NCBI RefSeq assembly: GCF_000025925.1
Contig: NC_014033.1
Location: 3,420,001-3,452,000, forward strand
Source of the DNA: Xylanibacter ruminicola 23
GTDB lineage: Bacteria; Bacteroidota; Bacteroidia; Bacteroidales; Bacteroidaceae
Reading direction: 5' to 3'
DNA length: 32,000 nt
Below, piece after piece: positions 24,908 through 31,341 of this stretch. Position numbers and translations under genes: made by a program. How positions within the stretch are numbered: position 1 is the stretch's first letter; each line of letters starts with the position of its first letter. The notes beneath the pieces were generated by a model. That model worked only from the letters and a program-made list of their open reading frames with translations, was not told the DNA's origin and did no database searches.

Positions 24908-24929
24908 ATATACCAAACGTTTGGTATAT
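24908..24929. promoter_or_regulatory. perfect 22-bp palindrome ATATACCAAACGTTTGGTATAT upstream of the cysK promoter
   Basis: All 11 base pairs of the dyad were checked by hand. It lies 43 nt upstream of the -7 box at 24973. Confidence 0.6.
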
Positions 24930-24972
24930 AGAATGCCACACAAGAGGGATTGTGAGACTGCAAAAAACGTCG

Positions 24973-24980
24973 TACCTTTG
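24973..24980 (+). promoter_or_regulatory. -7 promoter box (TACCTTTG) for cysK
   Basis: Exact TAnnTTTG match 69 nt upstream of the ATG at 25050. AGGGATTGTGAG at 24945-24956 lies 16 nt upstream, as at hemN. Confidence 0.55.
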
Positions 24981-25049
24981 CAGTGTGATAAAAATCATAT
25001 TGAAGAGAGAGATTTATTTGTTATTAATTTTATAAAAAAGGTAAGGATT

Positions 25050-25997
25050 ATGAGTAAAATCGCAAAACAGCTGACAGAGCTCGTCGGCAACACTCCACTT
25101 CTTGAGCTCAACAAGTTTTCACAGGCAAAGGGTCTGGAGACTCCTGTTATTGCCAAGGTAGAATTCTTTAATCCTGGTGGTAGCGTAAAAGATCGTATCG
25201 CACTGGCGATGATTGAAGACGCAGAGGCCAAAGGCATCTTGAAGCCAGGTGCAACCATTATCGAACCAACCTCTGGAAACACGGGCGTAGGACTGGCACT
25301 GGTATCAGCCGTCAAAGGCTACCATTTGATCCTTACCATGCCTGAAACCATGAGTGTAGAGCGCCGAAACCTTGTGAAAGCCTATGGTGCCGAGGTACGA
25401 CTCACTTCTGGTAAAGACGGCATGCCAGGCGCCATCCGCGCTGCAGAGGAACTGCGCGACTCTATCCCTGGTGCTGTGATTCTGCAGCAGTTTGAGAACG
25501 CTGCTAACCCTGCTAAGCACTATGCTACTACAGGTCCTGAGATCTGGCGTGACACCGATGGACAGGTCGACATCTTTATCGGCGGTGTAGGTACTGGTGG
25601 TACTATCAGCGGTACAGGTAAGTATCTGAAGGAGCAGAATCCAAACGTGAAAATTATCGCTGTAGAGCCCAAGTCGAGCCCTGTACTGAACGGCGGTCAG
25701 AGCGGTCCTCACAAGATTCAGGGTATCGGTGCAGGTTTCATTCCCAAGACCTACGATGCAACTGTTATCGACGAGGTGTTTGATGTAGAGAACGACGCTG
25801 CTATCCGTACAGGTCGTGAGATTGCTCAGCAGGAAGGTCTGCTGGTAGGTATCTCGGCAGGTGCAGCCCTCTATGCTGCTACCGAGGTGGCTAAGCGTCC
25901 TGAGAATAAGGGTAAGAAGATAGTAGTGCTGCTGCCTGATACTGGCGAGCGCTATCTCTCGACAGTGCTTTATGCATTCGAAGATTATCCACTTTAA
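25050..25997 (+). CDS. cysK: cysteine synthase A (O-acetylserine sulfhydrylase)
   Basis: [20 protein letters not shown]..., [14 protein letters not shown] (PLP lysine), [21 protein letters not shown]. The 43 codons upstream in the ORF track cross the promoter and were discarded. Confidence 0.93.
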   Translation: MSKIAKQLTELVGNTPLLELNKFSQAKGLETPVIAKVEFFNPGGSVKDRIALAMIEDAEAKGILKPGATIIEPTSGNTGVGLALVSAVKGYHLILTMPETMSVERRNLVKAYGAEVRLTSGKDGMPGAIRAAEELRDSIPGAVILQQFENAANPAKHYATTGPEIWRDTDGQVDIFIGGVGTGGTISGTGKYLKEQNPNVKIIAVEPKSSPVLNGGQSGPHKIQGIGAGFIPKTYDATVIDEVFDVENDAAIRTGREIAQQEGLLVGISAGAALYAATEVAKRPENKGKKIVVLLPDTGERYLSTVLYAFEDYPL

Positions 25998-26010
25998 GTT
26001 GTTTGTTAAT

Positions 26011-26047
26011 AAAAAGTGGGTGACCGTTTGGTCACCCATTTTTTTTA
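26011..26047. terminator. intrinsic terminator after cysK (A-tract/T-tract flanked)
   Basis: TGGGTGACC (26017-26025) pairs with GGTCACCCA (26030-26038), followed by T8 and preceded by A5. Confidence 0.75.
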
Positions 26048-26153
26048 TTCCGATAGCATTGTTATTTCGATGCGGCGTTTGGCTGCCAGAATCTTCTGGG
26101 CCATACGCTGTTTGCGCTCAGTACTTATTGGTAGGGTGTGCAATACTTAAAAA

Positions 26154-27572
26154 CTAGTATTTTGTTCTTGCGGTCTTATGGCCTTGTTCGATAACGATTC
26201 CTCGGTAACTATTAGGAGCCAGGGTTCCGCTGAGTGTGTAGGAACGGGCAGAGCCGGAGGGAATGGTGGTGGCAGGAGCTGGGATGGCGGAAGCCTCGGT
26301 GTCTTTGATGGCATCGTATTCCGTCATTGTTTCGGCCATGCGGGCATCGAGATCTGACAGACGATAGAGTCCATCGCTATTAGCCGTCAGTCCTTCGATG
26401 GTGACGGGGAGAATCATAGGTGGCTCTTCGACAGAAAGCAATGTGCGGTTCTGTAACTGACTGACGGACTGATATACCAGATTGATGGCAACGTACTCAT
26501 CTGTACCGTTGCTCCACTTCTCGAACACGAGTTTAGAACCGATGGGGGTATGTAGTTCCAGAGCCTGTTCGGTTTCTGGATATACGAGACGCAGGGCTGC
26601 ACCGATACTGGCCAGATTGCTGTCGTGACCACAGAGGAATGTGAACTTACGTCGGTCGTGGTGCAGTTCTTCACGGATACGACTCACTAATGGGTAAGCC
26701 AGGTTTACGGCAGCACTATGAGTTGTGAAGAGCAAAGCGTCGTATACCTCCTTGATGCCGCAGATGGCTCGCCATTGCTCCTGAGTCAACTCATGGCCGA
26801 AGGCCGACAAGCTCTCGCTTTCGTAGCATTGCAGCACCAGAGCGTCGGCTACGCTATTGGCCAGCTTAAAGCCGCCTGTCATCTTTGGTTCGTCGCCCTT
26901 CTCTAATGTAAACTGCGTGTCATCGTACCAGAAGTGCGTTGTGTCGTTCTGCGCTGCTGGTGAGTGCGCCATATCAATGATTTCCTCTACCAGCGTTAGG
27001 GTGGGCTGTACAGACTGCATCCAAGCCTGTGGACCGTTGTGCATGGCGTTTATCTCGGCGAGAACCTGCTGGCGGTAGGTATCGTTCATCTTTGTGAACT
27101 GTGGCGTAAACAAGGGATCCATCTTGTCCTCCTCGTACTTGTGCTTAATCTCCACGTTGGCGAAGGGCAGGAATCCGGCTGAGAAATACTTAGCTGTGGC
27201 AAATGTACGCTGGCGAGAGTTGGCGTAGAACAGCACATCGTCGCCATCGGGACGGTAGTTGTCGGGCAGCAGTCCTTCGCCTACCAACCATTTGCGGAAA
27301 AACTGTCCCATCTCTGTTTCAAGTACGCCGCCACGCAATGATAACTGACTGCCTGGCGATGTCCACTTAAACCATTCATAAGGCGTTACTCGCATATAGG
27401 TGGCACCGCCCGATGCCAGTGGTGAGCGGATGTTGTGGCGACTCATCACTACGACCTCCTTCAGCTGATACTTAGCTTTGAAGTCGGCCGATCGCTTTGT
27501 CTGTGCCTGTGTACTGATTGTTGCTGTCATGGCAGCAAGCATTAATAAAAGTAGTTTTTTCATTCTGTCCAT
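26154..27572 (-). CDS. periplasmic histidine-type acid phosphatase, Agp (glucose-1-phosphatase)-like
   Basis: 472 aa with a signal peptide. The catalytic RHxxR motif is VVMSRHNIRSPL and the HD motif is LCGHDSNLASI. Other stretches (FYANSRQRTFATAKYF, TPIGSKLVFEKW, YQSVSQLQN) are collinear with my recollection of E. coli Agp. Confidence 0.85.
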   Translation of the reverse strand: MDRMKKLLLLMLAAMTATISTQAQTKRSADFKAKYQLKEVVVMSRHNIRSPLASGGATYMRVTPYEWFKWTSPGSQLSLRGGVLETEMGQFFRKWLVGEGLLPDNYRPDGDDVLFYANSRQRTFATAKYFSAGFLPFANVEIKHKYEEDKMDPLFTPQFTKMNDTYRQQVLAEINAMHNGPQAWMQSVQPTLTLVEEIIDMAHSPAAQNDTTHFWYDDTQFTLEKGDEPKMTGGFKLANSVADALVLQCYESESLSAFGHELTQEQWRAICGIKEVYDALLFTTHSAAVNLAYPLVSRIREELHHDRRKFTFLCGHDSNLASIGAALRLVYPETEQALELHTPIGSKLVFEKWSNGTDEYVAINLVYQSVSQLQNRTLLSVEEPPMILPVTIEGLTANSDGLYRLSDLDARMAETMTEYDAIKDTEASAIPAPATTIPSGSARSYTLSGTLAPNSYRGIVIEQGHKTARTKY

Positions 27573-27584
27573 ATGTTATTTTTT

Positions 27585-29390
27585 TTACGCGTTGTTATTT
27601 GTTTGTTTATAGGTGGTTGGCGTCATGCCGTACTTGGTGCGGAAGTTGCGGGTAAAGGTGTCGGCATTGGTAAATCCGCTGGCCTGACTTACCTGCTCAA
27701 CGTTCAGGTCGGGCTGGCTGTTCATCAGACTTACAGCATAATCGAGGCGCAGTTCGCGAACGTAGGCTGGCAGCGAAACACTATCGCTACCCTGTGCAAA
27801 GGCGGCACCAATGCGTTCCTTCGACAGGCCTGTACGATCGATGAGCGACTGTCGGTCAAAGTCGGGCTGCAAGAACAGTTTCTCGTTTTCAATCAAATCG
27901 CGCAGGCAGAGGAATAACTGCTCGTCGGTAAGTGTCGTGAAATCAGAGATGCTAAGTCCTGCTCCAATTGTACTTGGTTCAGCAGTTTCAGCTTCGACCT
28001 TTGGTGAATTTGTTGATTCGGCCGAACGGTTAGCGGCTTTCAGTTCTTTGTATTTCTCCTTATACTCTACGGCCTCGGTAATCTGTCGGGCCAGGATGCG
28101 GTTGTGTCGCTGGGTGATGCGCCACTGCAGGAAGGCATAGAGACCGAAAGCCAGGATAAGTAAAGCTGCTGTGGTGACGGCAATGCTGATGGCTGTTACG
28201 AATCGGTTCTGGGCGCGCTGTTCTGCTATCTGGCGCTCCTTGCCCTGCGTGTCGTAGATGGTAGCCAGTTCGGCACTTTCGCTACGCTTCTGGCGTACAA
28301 GGGCCGTATCGTAGACTTCGGCTATCTGCATGGCCACATGGAGGGCCGAGTCCTTACGTCCGGCAAAATAGTTGGAACGGAACTTAGGCAGCAGATTCTG
28401 ACCGATGGTTTCTAAATCGTATTCATAACCCCAATCCTTAATAAAACGGTCGAGCTCGGTATAGTTGTCGGCAGCTTCGGCATAGCGACGGGCTTCTACC
28501 AGGTATCCGCAGCCGTTGATGCGTCCCTCGAGTGTTTGTCCAAAGTCGGTTTTCATATATTGGGCATAATTGCGGGCGGCTTCGGCTGTTTTTCCGTTCA
28601 TCTGGTACACTTGTGCACGATGCAGCCAAACTAAGGCACGCAGTGTTTTTAATTCTTTTTCAATCGGCTTGGGCTCTTTCTCATAGATAGTTACAAGCGA
28701 GTCCATGCGATCTACCCATACGCCGGCCTCATTCAAGTGGTGATTGATGTGACTAACGGCGATATTCTCTAAGGTTTGAATGCTGGCTGCTATCGGTCGG
28801 TTTGTAGAGTCGTTAACTGTGCGAAGTACCCACAGATAGGCATCGTCATAACTCTTCTTGGCTTCGTCGAAGCGTTCCAACATTATCTGGGTGTCGCCTA
28901 GGCTTAAGTAAAGCGTCTGTAATTCGACAGGACAGTATGGATTGTCCACATCCTTCAGCTTGTCGATAAGCAGGAGGGCAGTGCGCATGGCATTATCGTA
29001 GTCGCGATCGGTGGTTAGCATGATAACCAGGTTAGTGCCTGCATGTATGTACTCCCAGAAGTCCTCGGCAGGAGGATTCTCGATAGAAACAACACGACGG
29101 AAGCACTCGATGCACTTATCCATCTGTCCCATCTGGAAATAAGCTACGCCACGATAGCCTTCGGCACGTATCGGCGAGAGTTCGCCAACTTCGGCCAAAC
29201 TGTCAGTAACGGCCAGGAAATGCTCAAAGTCGCCAGAAAATCTAGCAGCCAGAGCAATACTGTCGCCACGTGTGGAAATGCGCTTTGCGGGGATGTCGCC
29301 TCGTTTTTCACCGCCCTTACCGCCACAGGCCGTGAGCACGGTAAGGATGATAGCTATACTTATTAAATATATGCACCTACAAATTTTCAT
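27585..29390 (-). CDS. membrane-anchored one-component regulator: lipoprotein signal, TPR-like sensor, one TM helix, coiled coil, AraC-type HTH
   Basis: 601 aa. N-terminus MKICRCIYLISIAIILTVLTACGG, then a repetitive helical TPR-like region. TM helix is FVTAISIAVTTAALLILAFGLYAFLQW. The C-terminus is LRLDYAVSLMNSQPDLNVEQVSQASGFTNADTFTRNFRTKYGMTPTTYK. It ends 12 nt before the phosphatase gene. Confidence 0.85.
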   Translation of the reverse strand: MKICRCIYLISIAIILTVLTACGGKGGEKRGDIPAKRISTRGDSIALAARFSGDFEHFLAVTDSLAEVGELSPIRAEGYRGVAYFQMGQMDKCIECFRRVVSIENPPAEDFWEYIHAGTNLVIMLTTDRDYDNAMRTALLLIDKLKDVDNPYCPVELQTLYLSLGDTQIMLERFDEAKKSYDDAYLWVLRTVNDSTNRPIAASIQTLENIAVSHINHHLNEAGVWVDRMDSLVTIYEKEPKPIEKELKTLRALVWLHRAQVYQMNGKTAEAARNYAQYMKTDFGQTLEGRINGCGYLVEARRYAEAADNYTELDRFIKDWGYEYDLETIGQNLLPKFRSNYFAGRKDSALHVAMQIAEVYDTALVRQKRSESAELATIYDTQGKERQIAEQRAQNRFVTAISIAVTTAALLILAFGLYAFLQWRITQRHNRILARQITEAVEYKEKYKELKAANRSAESTNSPKVEAETAEPSTIGAGLSISDFTTLTDEQLFLCLRDLIENEKLFLQPDFDRQSLIDRTGLSKERIGAAFAQGSDSVSLPAYVRELRLDYAVSLMNSQPDLNVEQVSQASGFTNADTFTRNFRTKYGMTPTTYKQTNNNA

Positions 29391-29409
29391 GATAAATAGT
29401 TTGTAGGTG

Positions 29410-29417
29410 CAAAGGTA
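29410..29417 (-). promoter_or_regulatory. -7 promoter box (TACCTTTG) for the TPR-AraC regulator
   Basis: The reverse complement of caaaggta matches TAnnTTTG, 19 nt upstream of the ATG at 29390. Confidence 0.55.
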
Positions 29418-29573
29418 CGGGTTATTTTCTAAAAACCCAAATAAAAAATCAAGTTTTTATCTTTTCCCCCTTCAATATTCCATTCATAAAGATTTAGAAT
29501 CTGTAACCACCGGCAGAGAGAACCGAATACATGCCGAAACTCTTTTTGCGTAGCCAGTTGAATTTAGTTAGCA

Positions 29574-29672
29574 TTAATTATCATTGTGAGTCATGTCGAG
29601 CACCAACATTCTTACCACCAGGATAAATAATATCACGGCGACGACTAACAGAACCATCAGCGCTATTTCCAT
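29574..29672 (-). CDS. 32-aa hydrophobic microprotein A (paralog of B)
   Basis: Not in the ORF track. Hand translation: MEIALMVLLVVAVILFILVVRMLVLDMTHNDN. It shares the C-terminal VR-x-x-VLDM-(T/S)-HN with ORF B, and a roughly 20-nt conserved block cattgtgRStcatgtcgag. Confidence 0.5.
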   Translation of the reverse strand: MEIALMVLLVVAVILFILVVRMLVLDMTHNDN

Positions 29673-29728
29673 GTTTTTAGAAGTTTATCACACCAATATT
29701 GAAATGCATCTTTTTAAGATATATACTA

Positions 29729-29830
29729 TTACAGTTTACCATTGTGGCTCATGTCGAGTACCCACAATCTTACAATCATTGCCAACACTATTAAGGCGAA
29801 TGCCATCAGGATAATTAGATTTGTTTCCAT
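29729..29830 (-). CDS. 33-aa hydrophobic microprotein B (paralog of A)
   Basis: Not in the ORF track. Hand translation: METNLIILMAFALIVLAMIVRLWVLDMSHNGKL. The ATG is 33 nt downstream of a TATCTTTG -7 box. Confidence 0.55.
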   Translation of the reverse strand: METNLIILMAFALIVLAMIVRLWVLDMSHNGKL

Positions 29831-29863
29831 ACTTTTATTACTTTTGTTTTTAAATTTCTGGTG

Positions 29864-29871
29864 CAAAGATA
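29864..29871 (-). promoter_or_regulatory. -7 promoter box (TATCTTTG) for microprotein ORFs B and A
   Basis: The reverse complement of caaagata matches TAnnTTTG. Repeat copy L1 lies 28 nt further upstream, over the -33 region. Confidence 0.5.
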
Positions 29872-29899
29872 TAACAAAAAGACAGTATCTGCAATAGCA

Positions 29900-29938
29900 C
29901 AGACAAATGGTCGGGTGGTTTCAGACAAATAGTCGGGT
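29900..29938 (-). repeat. two copies (L1, L2) of the 17-bp motif YCCGAC-N-ATTTGTCTG, minus orientation, 22-bp phasing
   Basis: The plus strand reads CAGACAAATGGTCGGGT (29900-29916) and CAGACAAATAGTCGGGT (29922-29938). Confidence 0.85.
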
Positions 29939-30063
29939 ATTTGTTCGCGATAACTACACCTATTATAGATATAAAATTGTTTAAAACCACAAAACAAAAT
30001 GTAGTTTTATCGTGTGTTTTGCTATCATTATCTTGAAATTAAGTACCAAAAGTTGTGTAATTT

Positions 30064-30143
30064 GTCCGACGACGTGTCGTTTTGTCCGACAGATTGTCTG
30101 AAATGTCCGACGATTTGTCTGAAACCACCCGACTATTTGTCTA
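30064..30143 (+). repeat. four copies (R1-R4) of the same 17-bp motif, plus orientation, 20/21/22-bp phasing
   Basis: GTCCGACGACGTGTCGT (30064, degenerate), GTCCGACAGATTGTCTG (30084), GTCCGACGATTTGTCTG (30105), ACCCGACTATTTGTCTA (30127). R4 lies 28 nt upstream of the -7 box at 30172. Confidence 0.85.
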
Positions 30144-30171
30144 AACCCTTGTGGGAATGGATTTTTTGCCT

Positions 30172-30179
30172 TACCTTTG
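30172..30179 (+). promoter_or_regulatory. -7 promoter box (TACCTTTG) driving an orphan short transcript
   Basis: Exact TAnnTTTG match. No ORF longer than 12 codons lies between it and the terminator at 30299-30349. Confidence 0.5.
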
Positions 30180-30185
30180 CAACCA

Positions 30186-30349
30186 GAAAATTTAATCGCT
30201 CTTTCTTTTTTTTAAGTAATAGATATAACCTAATGATCAATATCCTTTTGACAATGAAGTGCAGTGCGTAATGGAACGAAGCGTTAACTGCCAAACGTGC
30301 CCCAGGCCAACTATCTCGCTAACGGATAGAAGGCCTGGGGCCTTTTTTT
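30186..30349 (+). ncRNA. candidate small RNA (about 165 nt) or 12-aa micro-ORF transcript ending in a strong terminator
   Basis: It is bounded by a promoter box and an intrinsic terminator: GCCCCAGGCC (30299-30308) pairs with GGCCTGGGGC (30332-30341), followed by T7, with an inner CTATC/GATAG hairpin. The only ORF is ATG 30233..30271, MINILLTMKCSA. Confidence 0.4.
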
Positions 30350-30401
30350 GTATAAAACAAATTATTTTTGATTTTTTGTTTGGCGTATAAGAATAATGTT
30401 G

Positions 30402-30409
30402 TATATTTG
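30402..30409 (+). promoter_or_regulatory. -7 promoter box (TATATTTG) for the riboswitch leader
   Basis: TAnnTTTG match about 80 nt upstream of the aptamer core. Confidence 0.5.
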
Positions 30410-30479
30410 CAACGTGATTCAAGAATGAGTCTATGTGAAAGTTGAGGCTACGCCTCGACATAACGTGAACGTTGAGGCA

Positions 30480-30655
30480 TAGCCTCGACCTTCGCCCGTA
30501 AAGGTTCGCTTAGCCGCGATTAATTGGGAATGTGAGTGAGAATCTCCGACTGTCCCGCAGCAGTGAACTCCATTATGGCTCCTAAGCATCAATGCCATTG
30601 CCCGTTTGGGTGAGAAGGCGCTTGGGAGTGGAGGAAAGTCTGAAGACCAGCCTTT
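30480..30655 (+). promoter_or_regulatory. cobalamin (B12) riboswitch
   Basis: The conserved core TTAATTGGGAATGTGAGTGAGAATCTCCGACTGTCCCGCAGCAGTGAA matches the consensus GGGAA..GGTG.GAATCC...CTG.CCCGCA.C.GT.AA. The B12 box GGAAAGTCTGAAGACCAGCC is at about 30634-30653. Exact ends are uncertain. Confidence 0.85.
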
Positions 30656-30716
30656 TTCGGTATTTGCTAAATGCTCTCGATGTAAGGGCGTGAGGCGCAA
30701 CTTAATTTTTGTGGGT

Positions 30717-31112
30717 ATGAAACATGAATCAATCGTCGTGGTATACGACAGTTGTCAGGCTATTGCAGAAGAAATAGCCGACAAGCTTGGCGCTGAAACT
30801 ATCAGCGTACAGAGTATTAACAACAGGCAGATAGAAAACTGCCAGAGTTTTGTTCTTGCATTAGAGTTTATGGCTGATGGAAGTATGACTCCCCATTGGC
30901 AGTGGGCTTGTCAAACGTTGCGTGGTGCTAGCCTAAGTGGAAAGAACTTTGCCGTGTTAGTGGCATTAGGTAACAAACTGAATCATGATGCAGATAAAAT
31001 TTGCCATGAACTGCGTGAACGCCATGCGCACATTGTTGGCGAACAGCTATATGCTGAAACGCCCCAATGCAATCTCGAAAATTGGATATGTTCTGTTTCA
31101 CCTAATTTATAA
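30717..31112 (+). CDS. flavodoxin-fold protein, divergent paralog of the neighbouring fldA with FMN-binding loops deleted or replaced
   Basis: 131 aa from the ATG at 30717 (the upstream part of the track ORF runs through the riboswitch). It aligns by eye to the 31342..31836 product: IVVVYDS----CQAIAEEIADKLGAE vs IVIYGSSTGTCEAIAEKIASKLGCE; TLRGASLSGKNFAV vs TLQGADLSGKTIAI; ENWICSVSPNL vs DAWLAAITPSL. Confidence 0.7.
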   Translation: MKHESIVVVYDSCQAIAEEIADKLGAETISVQSINNRQIENCQSFVLALEFMADGSMTPHWQWACQTLRGASLSGKNFAVLVALGNKLNHDADKICHELRERHAHIVGEQLYAETPQCNLENWICSVSPNL

Positions 31113-31122
31113 TCAAATTACT

Positions 31123-31212
31123 ATGGTATACATTTTAGTAGTAGCTTTGGAATTTTTGCTCGCAACCATTGGTGTAGCGTGTCTTATCAGACACTATAAC
31201 CACAAAGTTTAG
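31123..31212 (+). CDS. 29-aa hydrophobic microprotein (tentative)
   Basis: The ATG is 10 nt after the upstream stop. Sequence is MVYILVVALEFLLATIGVACLIRHYNHKV. A 15-bp-stem terminator follows. It has no independent support. Confidence 0.35.
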   Translation: MVYILVVALEFLLATIGVACLIRHYNHKV

Positions 31213-31265
31213 TGGCTATATAGAAACAATGATTGTTAATTTATGCCGCAAAGATGCGAAAAAAG

Positions 31266-31298
31266 AAAGGTGGCTGGTCGTCTCGACTAGCCACCTTT
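31266..31298. terminator. bidirectional terminator between convergent flavodoxin-type genes
   Basis: AAAGGTGGCTGGTCG (31266-31280) pairs with CGACTAGCCACCTTT (31284-31298): 15-bp stem with one G-T pair and a 3-nt loop, flanked by A and T runs. Confidence 0.75.
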
Positions 31299-31341
31299 AC
31301 CCTAACTAAACAAATACTTATTTATAAATTTACACCTGTGA

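Noticed and set aside
26046-26153. Short coding-looking stretch between the cysK terminator and the phosphatase stop (minus-strand MAQKILAAKRRIEITMLSE, 19 aa; track ORF 25972..26157 +)
   Set aside because: It is too short, has no promoter or ribosome-binding context, and I recognised no homology. It is probably 3' UTR or a gene remnant. I cannot support it as a feature.
29900-30143. Possible CRISPR array
   Set aside because: The repeats are only 17 bp, directly abutting at 20-22-bp periodicity with no unique spacers, and are split into two inverted groups. There are no cas genes in the window.
29593-30271. Track ORFs 29593..29814 (+), 29815..29997 (-) and 30014..30271 (+), including a Cys-rich heptad-like peptide (CPTDCLKCPTICLKPPDYLS) read through the repeats
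   Set aside because: These frames cross promoter boxes and the 17-bp repeat array. The 21-nt repeat period trivially creates 7-aa peptide repeats. The presence of inverted copies argues for DNA-level sites. The minus-strand microprotein ORFs with a promoter explain 29574-29830 better.
30431-30700. 89-aa minus-strand ORF across the riboswitch region
   Set aside because: It overlaps a confidently recognised cobalamin aptamer on the plus strand. It has Arg/Ser/His-rich junk composition and no promoter.
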